Below, piece after piece: positions 35,316-46,200 of a DNA stretch of 64,000 bases. The DNA is taken from positions 1 to 64,000 of the IMG/VR virus record IMGVR_UViG_3300000727_000007; one strand, written 5' to 3'. Source of the DNA: a virus. Its lineage: Duplodnaviria > Caudoviricetes. How positions within the stretch are numbered: position 1 is the stretch's first letter; each line of letters begins with the position of its first letter. The translations under genes were made by a program, and so were the position numbers. A model generated the notes under the pieces. It was not told the origin of the DNA and ran no database searches. It saw only the letters and a program-made list of their open reading frames with translations.

Positions 35316-35645
35316 ATGGTATCAGATAAAACAAAGGCTTTATATTTAAAAGCAAGAAGAAGTGAAGAATCCCGTGGTGCCCTTCATAAAGCCACAGAGG
35401 AAGCTCAGCTTCAATTAAGAAAAGAATTAAGAAAATTAGGTTATGGCCGATGTTATGGCACTGCTGTCAATGTATATTGGAGACCATCATTTGGAATAAC
35501 AATTCATTTCACTGAAGATGAGTTACACAATGATGAACTACAAACCATACTTGACTTCTTTGGTGTAGAAACATATAAGCTGTACGGTAAGGGCAACGGT
35601 AATATAAGTATTCAATTAAAAGTTGATTTAAATGTTATATGCTGA
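35316..35645 (+). CDS. hypothetical protein
   Basis: AGGTGA RBS. Confidence 0.6.
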   Translation: MVSDKTKALYLKARRSEESRGALHKATEEAQLQLRKELRKLGYGRCYGTAVNVYWRPSFGITIHFTEDELHNDELQTILDFFGVETYKLYGKGNGNISIQLKVDLNVIC

Positions 35646-35841
35646 AATAACAGATATAACAACAGAACGTATAGATACTGTTGTTATACACTTTAGGAAT
35701 CCAGATGGAACCACAGATACAGCCAGGATGAGTTATAAAACTTTCATAGATGATGTTCTAAAGAACATTAAAATGAAAGTTGCTATAACAAAAATAGCTG
35801 ACTTGGGCTGGTTATACTGTGGTCTGTATCCTAAAGAATGA
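35632..35841 (+). CDS. hypothetical protein
   Basis: Coupled ORF. Confidence 0.55.
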   Translation: MLYAEITDITTERIDTVVIHFRNPDGTTDTARMSYKTFIDDVLKNIKMKVAITKIADLGWLYCGLYPKE

Positions 35842-35986
35842 GAGCCAGAGCTAACATGGTAAACATAAAAGCCACCCATGTCCAAACTCCATAATCTGGC
35901 TCTAATTTAACTATTTTTTTAAGTGCTATAATCCATAGCAGAATAATAAAAATGAGCGTTAATAATTTATATTCTATGTTTTTCAT
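35831..35986 (-). CDS. small two-TM membrane protein (not in ORF track)
   Basis: MKNIEYKLLTLIFIILLWIIAL...WVAFMFTMLALALIL. Confidence 0.6.
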   Translation of the reverse strand: MKNIEYKLLTLIFIILLWIIALKKIVKLEPDYGVWTWVAFMFTMLALALIL

Positions 35987-36185
35987 TCCTTTCACGCCCA
36001 ATACTATCCATTACAATACTACCTAGAAGATATCCTCCAATCCAAACTAAAGCTACGATTAGAGAACCTAAGTAATCCACTATGTTCATTTGACAATAGA
36101 GGTAGTAATAAGTATAGAGCGCTATTACACATGCCGGAAATGTTATTAATCCAACAAGGAATTTTGCTTGTTCGTATTTGTTTAT
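35967..36185 (-). CDS. small two-TM membrane protein, probable ATA start (not in ORF track)
   Basis: GGGGGAG RBS; ATA overlaps the upstream stop; 72 codons open. Confidence 0.5.
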   Translation of the reverse strand: MNKYEQAKFLVGLITFPACVIALYTYYYLYCQMNIVDYLGSLIVALVWIGGYLLGSIVMDSIGRERNEKHRI

Positions 36186-36541
36186 GATGCTCCCCCCTGT
36201 AAAATTACTCCTGCGAGGAAAATTATAACCATGAGAGAGCCTGTTATAAAAGCTATTATCATTTTCCAGATGTTACTATTAATAGTATTTACATCTTCTT
36301 TAGTAGCTTTTTTCTGCATGTCTTCTTCTAAGCATTCTATACGTTTTATAACATCGTCTTGTTCCCTACAATCATATTCATCTTTCTTATCTCTGAGCTT
36401 GTCTGCTTCTTCTAAGTTACGCACTCTTTTTTCTATTTTGTCTTGTTTCTCCAGAAACTTAGTATCCTTTTCATCTCTTTCTCTAAAAAGGTCAATAAGA
36501 ATATCTAATTTGTCCTCTGCAGTTAACTCCTTTTTAGTCAT
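36182..36541 (-). CDS. coiled-coil + C-terminal TM protein (XhlA-like lysis accessory)
   Basis: Heptad repeats then one TM helix, at the end of the tail operon. Confidence 0.6.
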   Translation of the reverse strand: MTKKELTAEDKLDILIDLFRERDEKDTKFLEKQDKIEKRVRNLEEADKLRDKKDEYDCREQDDVIKRIECLEEDMQKKATKEDVNTINSNIWKMIIAFITGSLMVIIFLAGVILQGGAS

Positions 36542-36569
36542 TCCCCCTTCCTCCTTGGTAGTTTCAAAA

Positions 36570-36860
36570 CTACAATATTGTTTTTTCTATTTTTTCTTTA
36601 ATTTTTGTGGATGTGAAATGTCCATCGGGGAATGTTATATCTAATTCAATTTCTGCCTTTCCTGAATACTCAAGGAAATCAGATTGGGTAATATATCTGA
36701 CTTCCCCAGCTTCAGCGTTTTCAATTACACAATCGAAAGTCTTTACATCATTTGCAAGTTTGAGTACTAGCTTTACAATTGCGTTGGTTAAGTTTACGGG
36801 CATACCCATTTCATCAGTTATTGTAAATTTTAATTTTGTTCCGTAATCTCCTTTTCTCAT
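36570..36860 (-). CDS. BppU N-terminal-like baseplate accessory protein
   Basis: GD.G..L...ITDE.G.PVNLT.A. Confidence 0.65.
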   Translation of the reverse strand: MRKGDYGTKLKFTITDEMGMPVNLTNAIVKLVLKLANDVKTFDCVIENAEAGEVRYITQSDFLEYSGKAEIELDITFPDGHFTSTKIKEKIEKTIL

Positions 36861-36871
36861 TGCAATTCCTC

Positions 36872-39800
36872 CTATCTTGGAAGTAATATGGAAGTGTCAA
36901 ATAATTTTTGGATTGAGGCTTTGTATTCTTGGTTCTTTAATATTCGAACAGTATATTCAATTATTAAGAATATAATACCAATGTCATCAATACCGCTTAC
37001 TTCTTCCGTAATAGTAAACCAATTATGTATGGTAGCTAGTTCTTCTATTTGAACAGATTCGTCTAACTCTATTTTTGCAAATAAATTAAATAAGTCCTGT
37101 ATCTCTTCAATCTTATCATAGATTCTGTGAATCTCTATGTGCTTAATCTGTTCATCATGTTGTCCTATGTCTTCTATATTTAGTTCAATTTCTTCCCTGA
37201 TTGAATCTAAAATAGACCCTAATTCCCCAATTACTGCGGTTACATTAAGCTTAACATTATCGGAAAATGTGTTACCATCCTGTATTTTTGTGTAATTATA
37301 TAGTGTAATTAAGGTTTCGATTAGCTCATTTTTGTCAGGTACTGTAAGAACATTACGCGCTTGTATATCTAAGTCCATATTTTCATTGTTTGGTATACAT
37401 GTATTGACAGAAACTTGCAGGTTTTGTTCAATAAATTCAGCTATTGTTTGTGCAAAAACTTTATTCAAGATATTTACATCACTGGAACCCATCGCTAAAT
37501 CAGGTGATGTTTTACTTGTTGACATAGTAGTTGTATCAGATGCGCCTGGATAAACCCAATCTGTAAGAGTTGTTCCTTCTTCTACTTGAACATCATCACA
37601 CCATAGAATGTCTCCAACAACTAATGAATCGAATCTAACGCTGACACAAATAGCGTTTGCAGTTGCAGGTGTTGTTATCTGAACAGATAGTCGTGTCCAT
37701 TCATTTGAAGTGTCAAATTTTGAACTTTGAGTTTGTGATAGCCAAATACCATTATTATAAGCTTCGGCATTTATATACATTTTAGTCTGGGTCGTTAATT
37801 GTGATTTAACCCATAAAGAACATGTATATACTGTACTTGGTTTTATATATTGAGGGAAACCATTAGATGGCATTGTATTATTTGGCTGTAAACCTTTAAA
37901 GGTACAATTTGTATTTACATCACCTCTAAAACAACCAGTGCCACTGTGTCGTTCTAAAACAGTATATGACCCTATTATACCTGTATGTGAATACATACCT
38001 GTGGTATTCCCTAATTCATCACCACATGTGGCAACGTTTGGATGTATTTTGTTTTTAACATTTTCGATGTCATAGACTGTTAATTTGTTTTTCATGTTAC
38101 CTGTGTCATTAGAGGCTCCTAATGATGGATATATCCATGCTGTTGCAGTAGAACCTAATTCTAATTGACATTTTTTAAAAGTAAATGAATCTCCATCAGC
38201 TACATTTAATATCATTATTTCATTATCGCACCCGTTTGCTCCAGCTGGTGCTGTTCCTGTTACAGTCAATAAACTATACGTAGAATTGATTGGTGTTATT
38301 GCCCCATAAGTTCTACTTAAAAATGGGTATGTTCCACCACTACCAGAAGAGTACCACACTATCGTTGCTCTTGCATTATAAGAACCGTTTGTTTTAATTA
38401 AAGTTTGAAATGTATAAGTCTGACCTGGAATTATTTGAGTTATCCCTTTGTATGTGTGTATATCAGATTTTGTAGTTCCAGATGTGTTAGTTACTGTTGC
38501 TATTGGGTCTGGGTCGTTTGAATAACTTATTATACCACCACCAGAAACTCCCCATTGTGTAGGGTCAGCCCTATATGGCTGCAATATATTTCCTTGTATT
38601 TCTGCAACTGGTACTTTAGCATTCATTGTAGCTGAATCTTCTTTATATTCTACAAGCCACCCTTCATCATACCATACTGATTCTCCTTGTCCTAGTGAAC
38701 CACTTATTAAAGGAGTGACACTGGTTGTACCTGCTGGTACAGTAAATACAAGAGATACATAAACCCAATCATCTGTAAGAGTTGTAAAAGACCCTGTGGC
38801 ACTACTAACAACTGAACCCCCAACCCAAAATTGAGCACTAGCTCTGAATTGTCTGTTATTTCCTGTGCTTTTTGTATATGCTTTCCAATAATATGTTTTA
38901 CCTGGTGTTAGTGACTGTGCGCTGGCAGATATAGTACAGCTTTGAACACCAACATAAGAACTTGTAAGTTTTACAGAAGCTGAACCTTTATAATACTCAG
39001 TTGTGTCTCTAACAAAAGTTCCGGTTCCAGTATTCGCTACCCAACTAGCTAATCCCATAGGGTCTGCTTCACAAGTTTGTGTGTTATAAGGTAAAACATT
39101 ATTTCCAACTGGTATTGATTGATCTGCAACTGATGTTTTAACTTTAGGATATGGATTATCAGTTAAACCAACAACAGATGGATAAGTCCATGCTGTGGCA
39201 GAAGTTCCTTCTTCTAATTGTAAATCGTCAATTAAGAATGTTGTTGCAATTGTACCGCTTGTTCTTACCACTACTCCAACCCAAGCTGCATTAGATTGAG
39301 ATACTCCTGTTACAGTCGCATATTGCCATGTTCCATTAAAAGTTATATTTGAGGAAGTCCCAAATGTACCAATATATATATTCTGAGAAGCATTAGCAAC
39401 GAGAGCTAGATTTGCAATTACTCCTGGTGTACCTTTAACCCAACAACTAAACGTATAGGAAGTATTTGGTTTCCCAGCGTACATAGTGATGTTTGCGCCT
39501 TCAAAACTATTAGCTGTGTCAGTAACTATTTGAATACATCCAGTTCCGCTATGGTAATCTGAGGTTATTCTTGTTATTGTTTCTGTTCCTTTCCATTTAC
39601 CAATTCCACTAGCAGAATTTAATACGTCTCCGCCTGTTGCAGCGTTTGGATTTAAAAGGTTCTTTTGAATTTCTGGTATTGTTGTTTTGGTTTGTATATA
39701 TAATGGGTCGTAACTTGGAATTTCCCAAACAGTAGCTGTTGCATTTTCTTCAAATTGCCAATCATCTGTCCAAAAAGTAACTGAATAATTTTCAGAAGAA

Positions 39801-42310
39801 CATACATTTAATTGAGTATTATATCCGTTTGCACCAAATGTACGTGTTCCAGTAAGTCTTTGCCACTCTCCAGTCATTACAATAGCGGTTGTAGTTGTAG
39901 CGTCTATAAAAATACCGTTTGAATTTCTTTCATATATTTGAAGATTCATTCTATCTCCGGCAGTACCTTTTACCCATGCACTAAATGTATAGGTATGCCC
40001 TGGTAATACTGTATGATCCCACCAATTTAGAGTCCTCAATCCTTGCTGAGGGAAGTTTGCAATTGTTGTGACTTTAGCACATCCTGCCCCTGAATGAGAA
40101 ACTGTTGTATCATATGATACAGTTTCAACACCTTGATATCGTGATAGTTTAGTACTAGGTCCTGTAACACTTTGTTCCATATCTCCACAAGTAGCTTGAT
40201 TTGGATATAATTGGTTTTTGCTTAAGGTTTTATCATAGATTGTTAATTTGTTTTTAGATTGAACACTGTTATCATTTTCTACGGACATACTTGGGTATTG
40301 CCATGTTGTAGATGTTCCTTCAATTAATTGGAAAGCGTCTCCCCACCAAGTAATAGCTTGCGCACCTCCAATGGTATAAACTTGGCCTAAATATGTAGTT
40401 TTCCCACTAACGGTAGTGATTTGAACAGATACTTGTTGCCATGAACCTGTTCCTGTTACATTAATATAAATTGTAGAGGTAACTCCATTTGTAAGATTAA
40501 AACGTACAGTCGCATTTACAGGTAACAATAACCATCCAGAGAAAGTATAAGTTGTATTAGGTTTTAGGTTAAACCATCCCGTGTTATATCCTTCACCATA
40601 TGAAACTATTCCAGGTGTTGTACATTTAAAACTTCTTGTTCCTTGATAAGACTGAGATGTATCAGATGAAAGTATTTCGCCACCTGTTTGCCATCCAAAA
40701 TAAGATGTATTTCCAAGTGCATCTGTTCCACTAGCGACATTTGGATGTAATAAATTCCCTTGTGTCTCTGTAAGAGGCACTTGTGCTTTTACTTGATAGC
40801 TATCGCTAGGGTATTCCATAAACCATACATCATCTACATATACTGCATCACCAACATGTAATGTATTAGTTCCATTTACTGTCATACTCAAATTGTATGT
40901 ACCTGATACTGTTGGAGTTATGGTTCCTATTAATGTATCCCATCCACCTGTGAATGTTTTTGCACTAAAGAAATGATTAGAGCTTGCATAATTCACATTA
41001 AAGTAACAATAAGTTTCTTGATTGTGATTATTTTTAAAATATTTAACCTTCATCATTGCTAAATATGTTTTTCCTGCTACCATTGGAATACTTAAGAAAT
41101 TTGTAGTGAAATAATCGTCTTGTGGATTATTTATATCCGTTATTGTTATTTTAGCGCTTGCAGAACCATTATATTTTTCTGTTGTATCACGAGATAATGA
41201 AACTGATAATCCAGTTACACCGTTTGCCCCAATTCCTGTTAAGTCTGTTTCAATAGCCTGTTGATTATAGCTAAGCATATTGCCTGGCTGCCATTCAGAA
41301 ACTGTATTACCTAGTTCTACTTGTATTTGTCCTACCCAGAAAGTTGCAACGTGTGCTGCTCCGGAATTAACAAAAGCAACCCCGTTGGTTGTTGCAGTAC
41401 AAACCCAAGTATAAGATACGGATTGCCAATCACCATTACCAATAACAGGGGATTGTCCAATACCTGTAACAGTACAATAAATAGCTTCTCCAACAGTAGT
41501 TTTTATTTTAGCGGAAACAGTATAAGTTTGTCCCACAACTAATCCACGTGGCTTTATAAATACTCCTTGGTATTGTCCACCTGTATCAGTAACTACTTTT
41601 AAACTTCTATTACCACGATAATAAACAGTAGAATCACTTGTAAATGTTCCACCGTTATTTTGATAAAATCCTGTTGTATCTCCGGTTGTATTTGTACAAT
41701 TAGCTGCGTTTGCGTCAACTATATTTCTTGGTGTAAATTGGTCTGAAACAGAAGCTATTTTATTATTAAAACTTAATTTTTCGCCTTGGAAATTTTGTTT
41801 AATACTAGGGTAAGTCCATGCTGTTGCACTAGACCCTTTTTCCATTTGTAATTCATCAACAAGAAAAGTTATAGCTTGTGGGGTTGAATTTGTCCTTATA
41901 TATATTGACATTGAATACCCTGTTATTGATGGGGTAAATGAATATGTGATATATTGCCAATCTCCAGTACCAGTAAAAGCAGCATCTCCACTTCCACCAC
42001 CAGCAGAATAAATTCTAAGAAGCATACCAGCACCTGCTGGTGCTTTTACCCTTGCAGAAATAGTATAAGTAGTTGCTTCATCAACATAAGGGTAAGATTG
42101 CGAATACATATTTTCATATGCAACAGTTCCAGAAGTAACTGCTTGTATACAACCTGTTCCACTATATTTATCACTTGTTATTCTACTTACAGTTACAGTA
42201 GAACTAGAACTAAAAAGTGCTGCACTATTTGAGACATCTCCACCGGTTGCAACATCGGGATGTAATAAATTCTTTGCTGTTTCATTTACTGTTACTATTT
42301 TGTCTACCAT
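36872..42310 (-). CDS. large tail adhesin with about 9 tandem CBM4/9-like carbohydrate-binding modules
   Basis: Repeated NLL.P..ATGGD...YTFS.WVK...WQ...D..Q.E.G..AT.W modules. Confidence 0.8.
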   Translation of the reverse strand: MVDKIVTVNETAKNLLHPDVATGGDVSNSAALFSSSSTVTVSRITSDKYSGTGCIQAVTSGTVAYENMYSQSYPYVDEATTYTISARVKAPAGAGMLLRIYSAGGGSGDAAFTGTGDWQYITYSFTPSITGYSMSIYIRTNSTPQAITFLVDELQMEKGSSATAWTYPSIKQNFQGEKLSFNNKIASVSDQFTPRNIVDANAANCTNTTGDTTGFYQNNGGTFTSDSTVYYRGNRSLKVVTDTGGQYQGVFIKPRGLVVGQTYTVSAKIKTTVGEAIYCTVTGIGQSPVIGNGDWQSVSYTWVCTATTNGVAFVNSGAAHVATFWVGQIQVELGNTVSEWQPGNMLSYNQQAIETDLTGIGANGVTGLSVSLSRDTTEKYNGSASAKITITDINNPQDDYFTTNFLSIPMVAGKTYLAMMKVKYFKNNHNQETYCYFNVNYASSNHFFSAKTFTGGWDTLIGTITPTVSGTYNLSMTVNGTNTLHVGDAVYVDDVWFMEYPSDSYQVKAQVPLTETQGNLLHPNVASGTDALGNTSYFGWQTGGEILSSDTSQSYQGTRSFKCTTPGIVSYGEGYNTGWFNLKPNTTYTFSGWLLLPVNATVRFNLTNGVTSTIYINVTGTGSWQQVSVQITTVSGKTTYLGQVYTIGGAQAITWWGDAFQLIEGTSTTWQYPSMSVENDNSVQSKNKLTIYDKTLSKNQLYPNQATCGDMEQSVTGPSTKLSRYQGVETVSYDTTVSHSGAGCAKVTTIANFPQQGLRTLNWWDHTVLPGHTYTFSAWVKGTAGDRMNLQIYERNSNGIFIDATTTTAIVMTGEWQRLTGTRTFGANGYNTQLNVCSSENYSVTFWTDDWQFEENATATVWEIPSYDPLYIQTKTTIPEIQKNLLNPNAATGGDVLNSASGIGKWKGTETITRITSDYHSGTGCIQIVTDTANSFEGANITMYAGKPNTSYTFSCWVKGTPGVIANLALVANASQNIYIGTFGTSSNITFNGTWQYATVTGVSQSNAAWVGVVVRTSGTIATTFLIDDLQLEEGTSATAWTYPSVVGLTDNPYPKVKTSVADQSIPVGNNVLPYNTQTCEADPMGLASWVANTGTGTFVRDTTEYYKGSASVKLTSSYVGVQSCTISASAQSLTPGKTYYWKAYTKSTGNNRQFRASAQFWVGGSVVSSATGSFTTLTDDWVYVSLVFTVPAGTTSVTPLISGSLGQGESVWYDEGWLVEYKEDSATMNAKVPVAEIQGNILQPYRADPTQWGVSGGGIISYSNDPDPIATVTNTSGTTKSDIHTYKGITQIIPGQTYTFQTLIKTNGSYNARATIVWYSSGSGGTYPFLSRTYGAITPINSTYSLLTVTGTAPAGANGCDNEIMILNVADGDSFTFKKCQLELGSTATAWIYPSLGASNDTGNMKNKLTVYDIENVKNKIHPNVATCGDELGNTTGMYSHTGIIGSYTVLERHSGTGCFRGDVNTNCTFKGLQPNNTMPSNGFPQYIKPSTVYTCSLWVKSQLTTQTKMYINAEAYNNGIWLSQTQSSKFDTSNEWTRLSVQITTPATANAICVSVRFDSLVVGDILWCDDVQVEEGTTLTDWVYPGASDTTTMSTSKTSPDLAMGSSDVNILNKVFAQTIAEFIEQNLQVSVNTCIPNNENMDLDIQARNVLTVPDKNELIETLITLYNYTKIQDGNTFSDNVKLNVTAVIGELGSILDSIREEIELNIEDIGQHDEQIKHIEIHRIYDKIEEIQDLFNLFAKIELDESVQIEELATIHNWFTITEEVSGIDDIGIIFLIIEYTVRILKNQEYKASIQKLFDTSILLPR

Positions 42311-42351
42311 TGTTCATCCTCCTAAAAAAGAAGAGAAGTTAGAGAATGAAC

Positions 42352-42924
42352 CTAACTGAATGTAACGGTCTGGATTCCAGTCCAAATCTGCCCAGCGAGC
42401 TTGGTTCCTTGAGGTGAGACTTTTCTGTTCAGTAAAGTTGTTCCTCCACTTCCATTAGCTATTCCAAATTCATTCCAACCAAAATTAGCTTCTGCTGATT
42501 GGAAAGTACTCTGGAAGGTAGCTGTTTGTGCTGAAACCTGTGGATAAGTTGAATCCATTACTTTGAATAATTTATTAGTTGCAGCCTGTAATGTGGTTTG
42601 TGTTGCAACTTCTGCTACACTACTGTCTCCTACACCGAAGTAGGCACCTGCGTTATCCCATTTTGTTCCTGTAGATTGGGTCATTAAGTTAAGCATGTTG
42701 GTTATTCCACCATTCAAAAGTAAGTTCCCATTAATTACAGTAAATTGAGGGGCACCAAAAAGTTCCATAGCTTCGTCTAATTCGTATGTTGCTTTATCTT
42801 TCCAATCTCTTCTGGATTCATATCTTTCAATATACCATGTGGTTGTTCTTTTTATTCCTTCAGCGACTTTTTGAGCAGACATTGTGAGAACGTCTCTGTC
42901 GCTTGCATTTACAAAGTCTCTCAT
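42352..42924 (-). CDS. virion structural (tail-associated) protein
   Basis: NLLLNGG...GVG....E.ATQT.L...ANFGWNEFG...LNRKV. Confidence 0.65.
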   Translation of the reverse strand: MRDFVNASDRDVLTMSAQKVAEGIKRTTTWYIERYESRRDWKDKATYELDEAMELFGAPQFTVINGNLLLNGGITNMLNLMTQSTGTKWDNAGAYFGVGDSSVAEVATQTTLQAATNKLFKVMDSTYPQVSAQTATFQSTFQSAEANFGWNEFGIANGSGGTTLLNRKVSPQGTKLAGQIWTGIQTVTFS

Positions 42925-43178
42925 TAGATCCCCTCCGCTTCTCTTTCTGCGTTTAATTGTGATTCTACCATAGCTACAGCATCTGCTTCTTCCATACCTA
43001 AAGATATGAGAGCATCAACTCTAGGCCTTAAAGCTACGGCTAATTTTTCATTTATTACATCATCAGTATCTTGATTTGCTTTTAATATTTTTATAAACTT
43101 GACAGCCTCTAATTCGTAAGTACTATCGTTTTGTGGGTCATAGTACTGTACGCTTAAGACTCCTCCTTGAATTGCCAT
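42924..43178 (-). CDS. hypothetical protein
   Basis: Coupled ORF in the tail operon. Confidence 0.6.
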   Translation of the reverse strand: MAIQGGVLSVQYYDPQNDSTYELEAVKFIKILKANQDTDDVINEKLAVALRPRVDALISLGMEEADAVAMVESQLNAEREAEGI

Positions 43179-43232
43179 GTTAATTTCCTCCTGAAATTAA
43201 TATTGTCTATTAATTTTCTAAACTTCTGTGCT

Positions 43233-46200
43233 TTAATAAAGATATGGGTTAATGAAAGGATTGATTCTTGGTTTTATCGGCCTATACTTTACGGGAAGTA
43301 TAGCAGAATATACAGCACTGGCTGTATCCAATGTAACATTACAACCATTAGAATTAGTTCCTCCTGCTTTCACTTTCCTTGCTTTTGAAGTAGCTCGTGC
43401 AGTTTTTAATTTAACAAGAGCATCTGTTTTAACAGTAATCAAGTTAGCTGAAAGTGTATTCTCAGCAGATTCTAAATAAACCCTATTAGTTAGTTTTCCT
43501 AGTGGATTCGCATAAGCTCTAAGCATAGCTGTAAATAATCTTACTACTTTTGGGGCTGGAGCTCCTACATCTACTGTGGCAGGTAAAGCTGAAAACTCAG
43601 CAGATGGTAATTTAAGCATTTTAGATGGTACCATAATAGATTCAACATACATATAATCAATATTTGCTGGATATCTAGTACTATAATATCTAAGTGCCAT
43701 ACCTTCTGTTTCTGTAACCTTAATAACATTGGATATACTTGTTATTAATACGTCGTTTAAATAAACCTTGTAAACATCTGTTATATCTCCAGGCTCTAAT
43801 ACAACTTTTAATTCATTTATATCTGTATTAGGAGTCCAACCATCAGAATAACCCCAATAATTACCATCTGGGACATCTTGCATGTATAATTCTCCACCAT
43901 CATCAATAACCACAACAAGGGATTGTTGATACCAACTACCTGTTACAATACCGTTTATTTTAAATTCGAGTAATTGTTGGTGGTGTTGAAGGGTAGGAAA
44001 TTGAAATTTAAGTCTCCATTCTTTGTAAAGAGTTGCATCAGGTATATGAAGTACTGAATAAACGTTTGAACTTACAAATTTCACCATATTATTTTCTACT
44101 TCTATTGAACCATCATCAATTGTAAAATCATTTAAAGTTCCATCTGTAGCGTCATATGACCTATAATTTGCCATATCTTTTACAGCTATTACTTGTAAAG
44201 GCATTGCTGTAGCTTCAGCTACAGCGGTATCCATAAATGGATAATTAAACCAGCCAAGTTCTGCAACTGTTATATATGGTATTGTACAGTAGTTTGCGCT
44301 TTCAGCTCCAGAATCCAAATGAATCCATATTTTTGAAGATGTAGTATATGTATTATCTATTATTTTTCCAAGAACAATATCGTCTAAAAATAGAGTAAAT
44401 CCGCCAGCTAAACTTCTTTCCACTTTTATTAAATGGTCTGTTTCAGTTAGTCCTGTCCAGGTTTTTTCAATTAAAACAGTTCCAGGATTTTTAATTAATT
44501 TAATTTTACTATCTGATTGTGTTACAACCACAGAATATCCAGTTGTTCCAATAGTATTTCCACCAATAAAGTTCCAAGTTAAAGTAGATGGGTTATTATA
44601 GAGCCAATTAAATGGTAACTCCCAAGTTCCATAAGCTACATCCGAAATCATATAATTAGTTGAATAATCGTTTGGGAAAGCATACAATGATTCAGTTGCT
44701 GAATTAGGTATAAATGGCCAATTATAATTTTCTCCATTTTCTTGGGTTATGGGACAAACCATCCTATTCCATTGAGTTGTAGGTGTTGCTTCAAAATGCA
44801 TATGAGCGGATGGTAAATCAACAACTGCAGATCCATAAGGTGTGGATTCATAATCCTCTACAACAAAATTAGTTATAGTTCCACCAGTGTCTTGCCCTAA
44901 TTGTTTAGCTGTAATCATATAATATCTGCACCCATCTAATGGGTCTTTAGGATTTCGTGCTGGAAATCCAGGTAAAGTATCATATGATTCACCTGCTTTG
45001 TAAACTACAACTCCATCAATTCTTAATCCTGTAATATTTGCGTATGCTGGAGATTCTGGTACAACATTATCGAATCCAGATGTATCTCTGATTATTTCTA
45101 TATGATGGCTATTACCATAAAATGGAACAGGAAATGAAACATATGGAATGATTGCTTGGTCTTCATACATATGGTCTGCATCGTGATCTGCATAAGTCGC
45201 ACTAGCAAGTCCCATTTTATATCCTTTTAATTCTGTATCATAATAGAAAGTTACTCCTGTCGCATTATATATAGTATAAAAAGGACAGGTTTCACAATCT
45301 TGTCCAGTGCTTGTATCTCCTAAATTACCGACAAAAATCTGTGTTTTTCCTTCCCAACTTACATCAAAAGATACTTTCCCAAATCGAGCAGCATATTGAT
45401 TTATTGCCAATCCAAAAGAATCTCCATAAAGAGCATCTGGGTGAAGCCAAACACCATCCGTTACTGGATGTATTTTATCAATATCTTCTCCTACAGCATC
45501 GGCATATCCACCTATAATTGTTAATACGTTTCCTCCAAAAGAACTTCTTTTAGCATCCTCTAATTTATAAATTGAGGCATGCGCATCAAATGGTTCTGCT
45601 TCACAATTCATTTCTGGAGTAGGTAAATCAACAATACATGGAGTATGTATGTCACCCACATATCCTATGGTTTTGATAACTAAATCATCAAATTTAGTTG
45701 GAGAATCTCCTTCATTTTGAAAGGCAACTTTAGAAGCGGTAAAGTCAATCCAATTAGATGTTGTATATACTACATTTTCATTGTATAAAACAGTCCACAC
45801 TGCGCCGTCTTTTATTAAACCTATGGTTATATCTGTACCTAAAGTGTAATCATTTGTAATCCATTGCGTTGTGTTTTCACCTGTTTTAATTATTTGGATA
45901 ACAGTAATAGGTCCTCCATCAACATTTATCCAAAGTGAATTATATTGAGATTCATCTGCATTATAAAATCTAATTCTTCTTGTACCATAACTAGATGCAT
46001 TTAGTTTAAATGAACATATAAAAGCATTTGAATCTGGTATTGTTGCTTTCGCTTCTCCAGCGACACTAGTACTTAAACATCCATCGGCAATACTCCATCC
46101 ACTTGGTATATCAGACCATTTACTTAAATCTCCACTAAAATTTTCACTAAAAAGAATAGCTGGAGTTGGATAAATTCTAACTAGTTTCTTTTTAGTTACT

